Assembly: GCF_009914755.1 (NCBI RefSeq)
Contig: NC_060930.1
Direction: 5' to 3' (one strand)
Length of the DNA stretch: 64,000 nt
From: the human T2T-CHM13v2.0 reference genome, Homo sapiens
Each line of letters opens with the position of its first letter. The first letter of the stretch is position 1. A program made the translations under genes and the position numbers. The notes under the pieces are model-generated. The model did no database searches. It was given only the letters and a program-made list of their open reading frames with translations, and had not been told where the DNA came from. This document shows, in pieces, positions 1-14,541 of this stretch.

Positions 1-780
1 CATATTGATTGTTTCAGTTTGCAGAAGGCCAGGGAGGAAGAGTATAGAAATAAGGAGTATAGTGAGTAGCTGGTAAAATGGAAGGGTATGAAGGGGCAAA
101 TGAATATTTTACCAATAGTTCTAACACTAGAAGACGCAGAAGTATTAGAAGATCCCATCTCTCATGTCTGTTATTTAAAAAAAACCAAGAAAGAAAAAAG
201 GCTACAATTTTGAACATGTTTAAAGTCATATTCTGTTTTGTGTTTAAAGAGACAGTCATCCAGTCATCACACCTGTAATCTCAGCATTTTGGAAAGCCAA
301 GGTGGGAGGATTGCTTGAGGCCAGGGGTTTGAGACCAGACTAGCCTGGGAAACACAGTGAGACCCTGTCTCTCTAAAAACCAAAAACAAAATTAGCTGGG
401 CATGGTACCACATGCCTATAATCCCAGCTACTTGGGAGGCTAAGGCGAGAAGATCACTTGAGCCCAGGAGTTCGAGGCTGCAGTGAGCTATGATCATGCT
501 AATGCAATCCAGCCGGAGCAACAGAGACTCTGTCTCAAAAAAAAAAAAAAGTCATATTCTAATACTTGAAACAAATTCATTCTGCATACTTAAAATTCTG
601 CATGTTTTTCATCATTAGTATCACATAGTAGTTGTTTGGAATAAAAGAAAATAGTGTTTCAATCTAATTTAGATCTAAGAATCTTATTGATTTGTTGAAA
701 ATATTTAATCCCCTCTGCCCTGTCTTTATAATTTAAAAAATAGAAGTCAATACATAAGCATGATTAATTAAACCTAGTAA

Positions 781-1116
<336 letters not shown>

Positions 1117-1238
1117 TGATTTCTTGTGCTGTCTGACCTATTTAGAAGCAGTGAATTTTTACACAAACTCCCTATTGAAGAAGTCACGCTTTGCCTAAAC
1201 TACCTTGGAAACATGTCTCCCAACCACCCATTCCTTAC

Positions 1239-1311
1239 ATTTGCAATCAGCTCCATGACACTGTTCTTCAGATACACCTTCTCCAATCGAGACATGCCGT
1301 TCCACCGAAAC
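1239..1311 (-). CDS. XPO5: Exportin-5 coding exon 3 (gene continues left of window)
   Basis: 73 nt, AG acceptor at 1313-1312 and GT donor at 1238-1237; encodes (K)FRWNGMSRLEKVYLKNSVMELIAN in frame with exon 2. Confidence 0.95.
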
Positions 1312-2212
1312 CTGACCACCAAAATGCATAAAGTCAATAGAACCACTTTAGAAGTCTTGTCTTTACAAGAGAATAGCATGGATTTCTACATTTGATTACA
1401 CTGGAGATTTCATTAAGAAATTATACTTTTGATTTTGTACCTGTCAATGAATGGGCAAAAATGATCTACATTTAACCAAAATACTAACACAAAAATTCTT
1501 GGGAAAAGGTTTTATATATGCAGTGGTCCATTAACTGGAATCCGCACAAGATTTGTACCACACGTCAGCTTTGCCTCATGATTTTATTGATGGGCCAAAA
1601 GTGAATATACATCTAGGTCAACTGCAACAATGTACTTGCTTTTCAGAAAATGCAGTTTTGACATCAGTCATTTTCTGTGCTGGCTTACAAAACAATTCTG
1701 GAAAAACTATGGCTAAGTCTTAAAGGCTACCTCTTCTGATAGGTGTTGAGGGTAGGACAATCAAGTTAGGATGGGTTTTCAGTTATTCTCATACAATCCT
1801 GCTTTGGATGTACCACCCAGAGAAGGCACACAAACTCAGAAAGACAGAGAGAAAAAAGAAAGCCACAGTGCCTAATCAGAGATTCATTGACCTATACATT
1901 GCATTACTCTAAAAAGGCTTCGAGGGCTAATGACATATAGTCAGAGCTCAGTAAGTATTGGCTAAATGGCAGGTAATATTTGTTGAATGGGTAATATGTA
2001 CCACACACTTTACATGGATGAAGAAACTGAAGAAAAGAAAGGTTAAATCTTGAATGAGAGCTCCTGTGAGGTTCTGATAACATCTAGGGGATCATTCCTC
2101 TCTTCTTGGAGATTGCTCTTCTCTACTCACCTAAACAGCATCTCTATAGGTTATATAAGATATAAAGATCTGTTCTCTCAGACTTCAGTGGTAATGTCCA
2201 AGAGCTCCTTAC

Positions 2213-2334
2213 TTGACAACGTGTTCCAGGATCTGAAGGCCAAAATGTCTGACGATGGCAACTTGTGTTTTCTCAGCCAACCTCAAGCCACAGGGGACAC
2301 AGATAGGACACTTTTCTTTAAACTCCTCACAAAA
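2213..2334 (-). CDS. XPO5: Exportin-5 coding exon 2
   Basis: 122 nt, pyrimidine tract plus AG, GTAAG donor; encodes FCEEFKEKCPICVPCGLRLAEKTQVAIVRHFGLQILEHVV(K), importin-beta N-terminal region. Confidence 0.95.
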
Positions 2335-2503
2335 CTGAAAGAAGAAAAGTTAGTGTTTCCTTTCGAGGGCTGAGAGAATAGGGACTAAAAGAATTTCATC
2401 TTAAGAAACTCCAACCAGGGCCGGGTGCGGTGGCTCACACCTGTCCCAGCACTCTGGGAGGCTGAGATGGGTGGACTACTTGAGTCTAGGAGTCTGAGAC
2501 TAG

Positions 2504-2884
<381 letters not shown>

Positions 2885-4492
2885 TAGCCGGGCATGGTGG
2901 CAGGTGCCTGTAATCCCAGCTACTCAGGAGGCTGAAGTGGTAGGAGAATCACTTGAGCTCGAGAAATCAAGGCTGAAGTGAGCCGAGATCTCACCACTGC
3001 ACGCCAGCCTGGACAACCAGAGTGAGACCCTACTCAAAAAGAAACTCCAACCTAAGCTATATGTTTAAAGTTGCAAAACCTAGATCAATATTATGTGGAT
3101 CTCCAAGCACAGTTGCTTTAAAAATATATATTTAATATAAAAATAAAAATATAAAATATATAAAAGTTACACATATATAACATTTCCTCCAAGTGGTGTT
3201 CACTCTATTTTATGTGTATATATTATATATATATTATGAATAAAGAACTGATAAACATTCCTTCCAGCGTGATGGTTCCAGATTTTTTCCATGCTACGGC
3301 CAACAGTAGCCCTACTAGTGTTGGAAAAAAATGGACACAAAGGAATAAGAAATTATTTGTTAGAGACATCCCCCTGACGTACATAGGGGTGAAATAACAA
3401 TTTCTAGGGTTTCTTTTAAAAACCTTCGAGGCAGGGAGAGAGGATAGGCGGTGGAAAAAGTAAATGCGGTAAAATCTTTGATTGCTGAATTTAGGTGACA
3501 GGAACATGCAGAATCACTGTCGTATTCTCTCCACTTTTGTGTCTATTTTAAATATTAATAATAAAAACCAAACTAATGGAACCCAATTGTTTCTGATTCC
3601 AAACCCTGTGGCAGACATCTACATATTGTAACATTTCCTCCAAGTGGTGGTCACTCTCTTTTTTGAAGTTAACATCACTTTAAAAATGTACAGCACAAGT
3701 ATTTTCTCCTAAATGGCCATTTCTCACAGCCCACACACGTTGTTTTATGGGCAAGTAAGCTTGAATTGTATTAACACCCCCAAACTGCAACATAAGTCAG
3801 TCCCAAGAGCAGAGCATTCGGGTCTCACGCAAACTACTTTCAGGAAACCAAAGTGCCCTTGTTAAAATGCAAAGTAAGTGGTAGAAGTTATCTTTGCGCA
3901 AAATAGCCTAAAAATATTACACTCAAAAACATGGGAGAAGTAGGGGTGCGAGAATTTCCCCGGAAAATGTCCAAGACACAAACGAAAGTTAGCGAGATGT
4001 TAAAGCATATAAGCATAAGGGTACCAGAGGGGCTGGAGCTCGGTCAGGGCCAGGGGAGTGGGCCAGCAGGAAAACGTTTAGTGCAGGAGAGACCATAAAG
4101 AACGAAGCTGGTGTTGGGGGCGGGATCTACACGTGCGCCTCGGGAAGGCGAGGGGATGTCGGGCTTGGGGAATGAAAATGGGCGAGGGTCATGTTGCGGA
4201 CAAGAGTGCACAGAAGCGAGGAAAGGGGGAGGAGAGGGCTGTGGGAAGCTGCGGCGAGATGAGAAGCAGCATAGGGACCGGAGTGTCCCAGGCAAAGGAC
4301 AGGAGCGGCGAGTAGAGAAGGCGGCGATTTGGGAGAGGCGCGGAGGGCCGCGAGGGGAAGGTCCCGGGGAGTTGGGAAAGGAGGTCCAGGGGCCGCGTGG
4401 GCGGGAGACTACCCCAGTTACAGGCGGCGCCGGAGCTGCTGGGGCTGGGAGAGGGTGTCGGGACCGGCCCAGGACGCCAGGACCCCAGCTAC

Positions 4493-4597
4493 CTTGAGGG
4501 CTTCCAGCCGGTAGCGCTGGGTGGAGTTGGGGTCCATCATGACCGTCACCGCTTTCACCAGCTGCTCGCACAGCGCGTTTACTTGATCCATCGCCAT
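4493..4597 (-). CDS. XPO5: Exportin-5 coding exon 1
   Basis: ATG at 4597; MAMDQVNALCEQLVKAVTVMMDPNSTQRYRLEALK then GT donor at 4492-4491; matches recalled XPO5 N-terminus. Confidence 0.96.
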
Positions 4598-4899
4598 GCC
4601 TAGCGCCACGCGCCGAGAGCGCACACCACTGCAGTCCCGGGACCACGAGGCACGACAGCTCCCTCGGCGAGACCACCCGTTGGTACCGGGCCGCGGCGGG
4701 CGGCGGGGGTGGGAAGCTGGAGGAGGAGCGTTAGCAGCAACTCGCGCTGGGAAGAAGCCGGCGCTGCGCACGCGCCCGGCCCGCCACTGCGCACGCGCCC
4801 GCGGAAGTGGCGGCTCCCGTGTGCAGGTTGAGCCTAGGTGGGCGGGGCGGGAGGCGGAAGGGCCGCGGTGCGCAGCCGCGTCAACGGCCCTTCGCAGCG

Positions 4900-5173
4900 G
4901 GCGCGCTGTCAGACCTCAGTCTGGCGGCTGCATTGCTGGGCGCGCCGCTCTCGTCTGATCCCTGCTGGGGACGGTTGCCCGGGCAGGATCCTTTACGATC
5001 CCTTCTCGGTTTCTCCGTCGTCACAGGGAATAAATCTCGCTCGAAACTCACTGGACCGCTCCTAGAAAGGCGAAAAGATATTCAGGAGCCCTTCCATTTT
5101 CCTTCCAGTAGGCACCGAACCCAGCATTTTCGGCAACCGCTGCTGGCAGTTTTGCCAGGTGTTTGTTACCTTG
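4900..5173 (+). other. POLH: POLH non-coding exon 1 (5' UTR; start approximate)
   Basis: Strong donor TTG|GTAAGA at 5173/5174 at the edge of the CpG island; the next exon carries the ATG. Confidence 0.8.
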
Positions 5174-5606
5174 GTAAGAAAATTTAGAACCGTTCGCTGT
5201 CACTGTGTTCAGACTTTCTATGTTGCCTTGGCTATTGGTTTTATAATGTAGCAGTGACTGGGCCAAGGTTGCGTGAAATATAAATCATGCTAACAGGGAT
5301 AAGGCCCTGGTACTGTCTTCTAAGATTTTTCTTGTAGAAAAAAGTATGTTTTTCCCTGTAGTTGTTAAACCTCTCTCTTGGAATTACTTTCCTGGATGTA
5401 TTATTACCTGGTGGGCACTAAACTTGTTTTGTGCGGATTGGGGTAACTCGAGATGTTTAAAGGGAATAATTGCAATCAGTGAAGGTTTGTGCAGTTTTGA
5501 TAATTGGCCAAGTGCTATGTATAAGGTTTCAAAGTAGTGTAATCCTTATCCAAAAGCATGGCTTGGGCAGAAAGTCTTCTTCATTTTCCATCTTTATAAA
5601 GCTCTT

Positions 5607-7156
<1,550 letters not shown>

Positions 7157-8633
7157 TCATACCCATACCAATTAAGTTAGTATATATAGTTGTGGAAGTC
7201 AAATATCAGTAGTATTTAAAGCAGCCTGGCGGGGGGACAAGAGCGAGACTTTGTCTCAAAAAAAAAAAAGTGTCATGGTCATGAAAAACAAGGAACAACC
7301 GAGGAAATGCCACAGATTGGGGGGCAGTAAAGTATGTAGTTAATAATATGCCAATGTTCATTTTTAAATTTTGGTAATTGTGTTAAGTAAGATGTTAACA
7401 TCAGGAAACTGGGAGTAGGAGAACTCTACCATTTTTGCGATTTTCTGTAAGTCTAAAAGTATTTCAGAGTAAAAGGTTGACATTTTTCATGAATGCTATG
7501 ATGTTATATATTATTTTCTCCTTCTCTTTTCTCTGAATTTATACTTGAGATTTGTCTGTCAACTGATTCCGTATTGGTTCTCTTCCCCTGGTGATGTGCA
7601 TTTTAATTTCCATTTCCCCATGACTAATGATGGTGAGCCTATTTTTATGTGCCAATTGGCTATGTTTGTATTTTGTGGTTAGTTCTTTTAAGGATAAGTA
7701 TTTTTAAAGCTTTTAATACCTATTGCCTTCATAAAATTGTACTAATTTATCCTTATGCCAGCAGTACAGGTTGAGTATCTGTGATATTGTGATATATGTA
7801 TGTTAGTTTTTGTCCACGGTTCCTAGCTCATAACTCCCCTAGCTTTCGTTATAATGTTGGAGCTCTTGAAGCAAGCCTCAGAAAACAGAATCTCTCTCTG
7901 GCCTTCTGCCCTCCTTTCACCTGCCCAAAGCAGGACTCTAATCTTCCCCTGCCTTTCTGATTATGGGTCATAAGACTTTCATTTCAGAAGAGTTCCTACC
8001 CCATACCCTGGAGAAAGGAATGCTACCCAGAGAGGCCAGGAAGAATCTGGACAGGCCTTGCTGGGTTTCCCCAGTCTATTAGTATTAGATCATATCTTTT
8101 TTGTCCAGTCACATTTCTACACGGATGTCAGTCATGCCTATCCAATGAAGTTTCCATAAAAGGCCCAAGAGGAGAGGGTTCGAAGAGCTGCTGGATAGGA
8201 GCAAAAGGAAGTTCCTGGAGAGTGGTGTTCCCAGGGAGGGCATGCCTTGCCATGTGTATCTCTTCATCTGTATATCCTTTATAATAAACTAGTAAATTTG
8301 ATTACCTGAGTTCTGTGAGCCACTCTGGCAAATTAACTGAACCCAAAGAGGGGCTCATGAGATTCCCAATTTATATCCAGTCAGTTAGAAGCACAGGTAA
8401 AACAACCTGTGGCTTGTGATTGGCATCAGAAGTAGGGGGCAGTCTTGTGGGACTGAGCCATCAACCTGTGAGATCTGACGCTTTCTCCAGGTAGATAATG
8501 TCAGACTCGAATTGGAGGATACCCACTTGGTGTCTGCTGCAGAATTGATTGCTTGTTTGTTGGTGGGGAGAAATCCTCACACATTTGGTCACAGAAGTCT
8601 ACCTTATTGATTGTTGTTGAGTGAAAGAATCTT

Positions 8634-10645
8634 TTTTTTTTTTTTTAAAATTTATTTTTTTATTGATAATTCTTGGGTGTTTCTCACAGAGGGGGATTTG
8701 GCAGGGTCATGGGACAATAGTGGAGGGAAGGTCAGCAGATAAACAAGTGAACAAAGGTCTCTGGTTTTCCTAGGCAGAGGACCCTGCGGCCTTCCGCAGT
8801 GTTTGTGTCCCTGATTACTTGAGATCAGGGATTGGTGATGACTCTTAACGAGCATGCTGCCTTCAAGCATCTGTTTAACAAAGCACATCTTACACCGCCC
8901 TTAATCCATTTAACCCTGAGTGGACACAGCACATGTTTCAGAGAGCACAGGGTTGGGGGTAAGGTCACAGATCAACAGGATCCCAAGGCAGAGGAATTTT
9001 TCTTAGTGCAGAACAAAATGAAAAGTCTCCCATGTCTACTTCTTTCTACACAGACACGGCAACCATCCGATTTCTCAATCTTTTCCCCACCTTTCCCGCC
9101 TTTCTATTCCACAAAGCCGCCATTGTCATCATGGCCCGTTCTCAATGAGCTGTTGGGCACACCTCCCAGACGGGGTGGTGGCCGGGCAGAGGGGCTCCTC
9201 ACTTCCCAGTAGGGGCGGCCGGGCAGAGGCGCCCCTCACCTCCCGGACGGGGCGGCTGGCCGGGCGGGGGGCTGACCCCCCAACCTCCCTCCCGGACGGG
9301 GCGGCTGGCCGGGCAGAGGGGCTCCTCACTTCCCAGTAGGGGCGGCCGGGCAGAGGCGCCCCTCACCTCCCGGACGGGGCGGCTGGCCGGGCAGGGGGGC
9401 TGACCCCCCCACCTCCCTCCCGGACTGGGCGGCTGGCCGGGCGGGGGGCCGACACCCCCACCTCCCTCCCGGACGGGGCGGCTGGCCGGGCGGGGGGCCG
9501 ACCCCCCCACCTCCCTCCCGGACTGGGCGGCTGGCCGGGCAGAGGGGCTCCTCACTTCCCAGTAGGGGCGGCCGGGCAGAGGCGCCCCTCACCTCCCAGA
9601 CGGGGCGGCTGGCCGGGCGGAGGGCTGACCCCCCCACCTCCCTCCCGGACGGCACGGCTGGCCAGGCGGGGGGCTGACCCCCCCACCTCCCTCCCGGATG
9701 GGGCGGCTGGCCGGGCGGGGGGCTGACCCCCCCCCACCTCCCTCCCGGACGGGGTGGCTGCCGGGCGGAGACGCTCCTCACTTCCCAGATGGGGTGGCTG
9801 CCGGGCGGAGAGGCTCCTCACTTCTCAGACGGGGCAGCTGCCGGGCGGAGGGGCTCCTCACTTCTCAGACGGGGTGGTTGCCAGGCAGAGGGTCTCCTCA
9901 CTTCTCAGACGGGGCAGCCGGGCAGAGACGCTCCTCACCTCCCAGACGGGGTCTCGGCAGGGCAGAGGCGCTCCTCACATCCCAGATGGGGCGGCGGGGC
10001 AGAGGCGCTCCCCACATCTCAGACGATGGGCGGGCGGGCAGAGACGCTCCTCACTTCCTAGATGTGATGGCGGCTGGGAAGAGGCGCTCCTCACTTCCTA
10101 GATGGGATGGCGGCCGGGCGGAGACGCTCCTCACTTTCCAGACTGGGCAGCCAGGCAGAGGGGCTCCTCACATCCCAGACGATGGGCGGCCAGGCAGAGA
10201 CACTCCTCACTTCCCAGACGGGGTGGCGGCCGGGCAGAGGCTGCAATCTCGGCACTTTGGGAGGCCAAGGCAGGCGGCTGCTCCTTGCCCTCGGGCCCGC
10301 GGGGCCCGTCCGCTCCTCCAGCCGCTGCCTCCCGGGCGGCGCTCGCCGGCGCGGCGGCAAAGACTGAGACAGCTCTGCTGCCCGCTGAACTCCATCCTCC
10401 CGGCGGTCGGGCGGCGGCGGCTGCGGTCGGTCGCGGCAGCGGCTCCGCTTCATATCTGCAGCTGGGGCCCGCGGGCGTCAGCGCCGCGACTGTCCCGGCT
10501 CCGCACTGCCCCGGGCCGCAGCGCAGCCGCGCCAACCACCACCCGCGGCCACCATGGCCGGACGGGCTCCCTAAGCCACCGACCCCAGCCCGCGGCGCCT
10601 TCGAGCCTTCTAGGGCCTCCGGCGCCGCGACCTCCTCTCAAGATC
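8634..10645 (-). mobile_element. SVA_F1 (MAST2-SVA) retrotransposon, antisense to POLH in intron 1
   Basis: 15-bp TSD GAGTGAAAGAATCTT at 8619-8633 and 10646-10660; poly(A) as T-run at 8632-8646; SINE-R ~8650-9150; GC-rich VNTR ~9150-10240; Alu-like stub ~10240-10277; no CCCTCT hexamer, replaced by MAST2 exon 1 sequence. Confidence 0.93.
10278..10640 (-). pseudogene. MAST2: Captured MAST2 exon 1 (5' UTR plus first ~59 codons) at the SVA 5' end
   Basis: ORF 10091-10453 begins MKRSRCRDRPQPPPPDRREDGVQRAAELSQSLPPRRRAPPGRQRLEERTGPAGP, matching recalled MAST2 N-terminus; junction ...GAGCAG|CCGCCTGCCTTGGCC at 10278/10277. Confidence 0.88.
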
Positions 10646-11052
10646 GAGTGAAAGAATCTTAAAAACTGTTTTTTCCACTCAGGGTATCCCTAATCTGAAA
10701 TTTGAAATCTTCCAAAATCCAAAAAATTTTTTGCACCAACACAGCATTCAAAGGAAATGTTTATTAGAGCATTGTAGGTTTAGGATTTTTGGATTACGGA
10801 TGCTTAACTGGTGATTATAATGCAAATATTGCAAAATTTGAAAAAAATGCAAAATCTCAAGCACTTTGGATCCCAGCCATTTCAGATAAGGGATACTCAA
10901 CCTGTATATTTAAATGCCTATTTCATTCTTGTTAGTTTCCATGCTCCCATGCTCATGGTAACTCATCAGTGAAAGAATGGAATTACAGTTTTCCCTGGCA
11001 TTTTGGATTAGGTGTTTTTCTAACTGTCCATAAAATGTTGTGTTACAGAAAA

Positions 11053-11189
11053 ATGGCTACTGGACAGGATCGAGTGGTTGCTCTCGTGGACATGGACTGT
11101 TTTTTTGTTCAAGTGGAGCAGCGGCAAAATCCTCATTTGAGGAATAAACCTTGTGCAGTTGTACAGTACAAATCATGGAAGGGTGGTGG
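11053..11189 (+). CDS. POLH: DNA polymerase eta coding exon (exon 2; exon starts 11049)
   Basis: MATGQDRVVALVDMDCFFVQVEQRQNPHLRNKPCAVVQYKSWKGG; Y-family motif DMDCFF; AG at 11047-11048, GT at 11190. Confidence 0.97.
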
Positions 11190-11739
11190 GTATGTATCAT
11201 TGTTATTGTCACAACTATTCAATGGTAACACAGTGGCACTGTGGCAGGTCCTTTGTTGTTGTGGTGGTGGTGGTGGTGGTGACAGGGCCTTTCTCTGTTG
11301 TCCCATCCAGAGCGCAGTGGCACCATCAGCTCACAGCAGCTTTGACCTGGGCTCAAGTGATCATCCCTCTTCAGTCTCCCAAATAGTTAGAACTACAGGA
11401 GCGCCCCACCATGCCAAGCTGATTTTATTTTTTGGGGGGTGGGTAGAGATGGGGATTGGTTGGGGGGGCAGGGCTCACTATATTGCCCAAGCAGGTCTTG
11501 AACTCCCGGCCTCAAGCAGTCCTTCTGCCTTGGCCTCCCAAAGTACAGGAATTGCCAGCATGAGCTGCTGTGCCTGGCCCTATTTTTGAGATTTCTGAAC
11601 TGCTTTGTTTTGGATTGAATGATGGCATCTGTGGTCAAAAAGTTTCTAATATGTTTATAGATTACTTGTGTTAAATGTTACTTGTTTTTGCTTGTGATCA
11701 TATAATATGTTTTCTGTTTCCTTTTTTTTCTAACCTTAG

Positions 11740-11874
11740 AATAATTGCAGTGAGTTATGAAGCTCGTGCATTTGGAGTCACTAGAAGTATGTGGGCAGAT
11801 GATGCTAAGAAGTTATGTCCAGATCTTCTACTGGCACAAGTTCGTGAGTCCCGTGGGAAAGCTAACCTCACCAA
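11740..11874 (+). CDS. POLH: DNA polymerase eta exon 3
   Basis: 135 nt, AG/GT; IIAVSYEARAFGVTRSM Y-family motif. Confidence 0.97.
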
Positions 11875-13202
11875 GTAAGAAAAAAACATTATTTAAGGAG
11901 ACATAAAGGAGTCGAAAATAATACTCCATGAGGCTAGGAACTGGTGTTTTGAATTTGTTCCATGTAAATAACACCGGAAAAAATTCTTTTTGGTTAGCCA
12001 TCTTGTCTCTGTGAAATGAAAAACAGATTTTAATATTGTGTTTTGGGGACAGTTCAAAACCATTATACCATATAAGAGTTGCTGCCTTTGATATCTATTC
12101 AGTTCCTTAATTGTTCAAAATTGGTTGTTAAATTCAGACTTAATACCAATTCCCATGTTCTCCATCCAAAAATCTAAAGTATTTGAAAAATTGACTGTGA
12201 AACTGAGAATTTTTCCAGGAAAGGCTGAGTCAAACTGACATTGTAGTACAATATCAGGAATTAGTTGCTATAATTGAACAATATCAAGGGAGATTTCTCT
12301 GTTTTTAGATTAAGCTATCTCTCCGCAAATATTAGAAGTTTCACCTTGGAATGGGGGATATGAATCAGCATAGCTAAGTCAGAGGTAGGCACAAACCCCA
12401 GCCTTTAATCCTAACAGCTAATATGTATTAAACATATTATCACATGCCAGGCACAGTGTTAAGCTCTCTATAGGCAATATCTCTATTAAATCTGACATTG
12501 TTATAAGGTAGGTACTAATATTACTCCCCCTTCACAGATAAGGAATCAAGTTCAGAGAAGTTAAATAATTTAAGTTAGGCTGGGGATGGTGGCTCATGCC
12601 TGTAATCCTAGCATTTAGGGAGGCTGAGGCGGGCAGATCACTTGAGTCCAGGACACCAGCCTGGGCAACATAGGGACCAGCCTGGGCAACATGGGGAAAC
12701 CCCATCTCTAACAGAAAATACAAAAATTAGCCAGGCATGGTGGCACACACTTGCAGTCCCGGCTACTCAGGAAGCTGAGTTGAGAGGATTGCTTGAGCCT
12801 GGGAGGCAGAGGTTGCAGTGGGCCCAGATCACACCACTGCACTCCGGTCTGGGTGACAGAGTGAGACCCTGTCTCAAGAAAGAGAAAAGTTCAGACAGCT
12901 AAGTGAAAGACTGAGGATTCACATCTGTTTTTTAAGATTCTAGTATCTATGTTCTCAAGGTACACTATACTATGTGTTGTGGTATAGGAATCATGCTTTG
13001 ACTTAGGACCTGACATACTTCTGAATTCTAATTCTAATTCTATGAATTAGAAGTCTAAAGGTAGAGTGGCATACAGACCCACATTGGAATTATTGCTAGA
13101 AAAGAAGATAGACTTGACTGAAGATTAAGTTTTCCAAATACTCTTAAAAATACCTTGCAGTGATTTGCTCAAGAGGCTGTGAGGAAGCACTGAAATAGAG
13201 TA

Positions 13203-14541
<1,339 letters not shown>

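Larger units (their letters stand above)
4100..5200. promoter_or_regulatory. CpG island / bidirectional promoter shared by XPO5 (-) and POLH (+)
   Basis: High CpG density; 15-bp direct repeat CTGCGCACGCGCCCG (NRF1-like) at 4764-4778 and 4787-4801, ETS/GABP core CGGAAGTG at 4802-4809, GC boxes near 4840; head-to-head first exons. Confidence 0.85.
7780..10681 (+). mobile_element. MER21-family solo LTR interrupted near its 3' end by the SVA (LTR sequence 7780-8633 and 10646-10681)
   Basis: Begins TGTGATATTGTGATAT, internal AATAAA at ~8283, ends ...TTTTCCACTCA; GTATC repeated on both flanks. Confidence 0.7.
7767..10904. mobile_element. Tigger4a/MER46-type DNA transposon MITE, split by LTR and SVA (left piece 7767-7779, remainder ~10684-10904)
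   Basis: Terminal inverted repeats CAGGTTGAGTATC (7767) and GATACTCAACCTG (ending 10904), each flanked by TA; internal CCAAAATCC/GGATTTTT motifs. Confidence 0.75.

Noticed and set aside
4044-5187. Long Pro/Arg/Gly-rich ORFs over the XPO5/POLH CpG island
   Set aside because: Expected from GC content; only 4493-4597 is supported as coding
8238-8257. Possible p53 response element in the MER21 LTR (GGGCATGCCT TGCCATGTGT); also lone half-site AAACTTGTTT at 5420
   Set aside because: One perfect half-site only, the second has three mismatches; insufficient without ChIP data even though POLH is a known p53 target
9150-10240. Regularly spaced repeats resembling a CRISPR array
   Set aside because: Tandem units without unique spacers in human DNA; this is the SVA VNTR
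9129-10662. Multiple long overlapping ORFs up to 317 aa (e.g. 9698-10651)
   Set aside because: Stop-poor translations of the GC-rich SVA VNTR and MAST2 segment on the antisense strand; no gene context
10969-11589. 206-aa ORF extending POLH exon 2 in both directions
   Set aside because: Read-through into intron and an antisense Alu; true exon limits are set by AG at 11048 and GT at 11190
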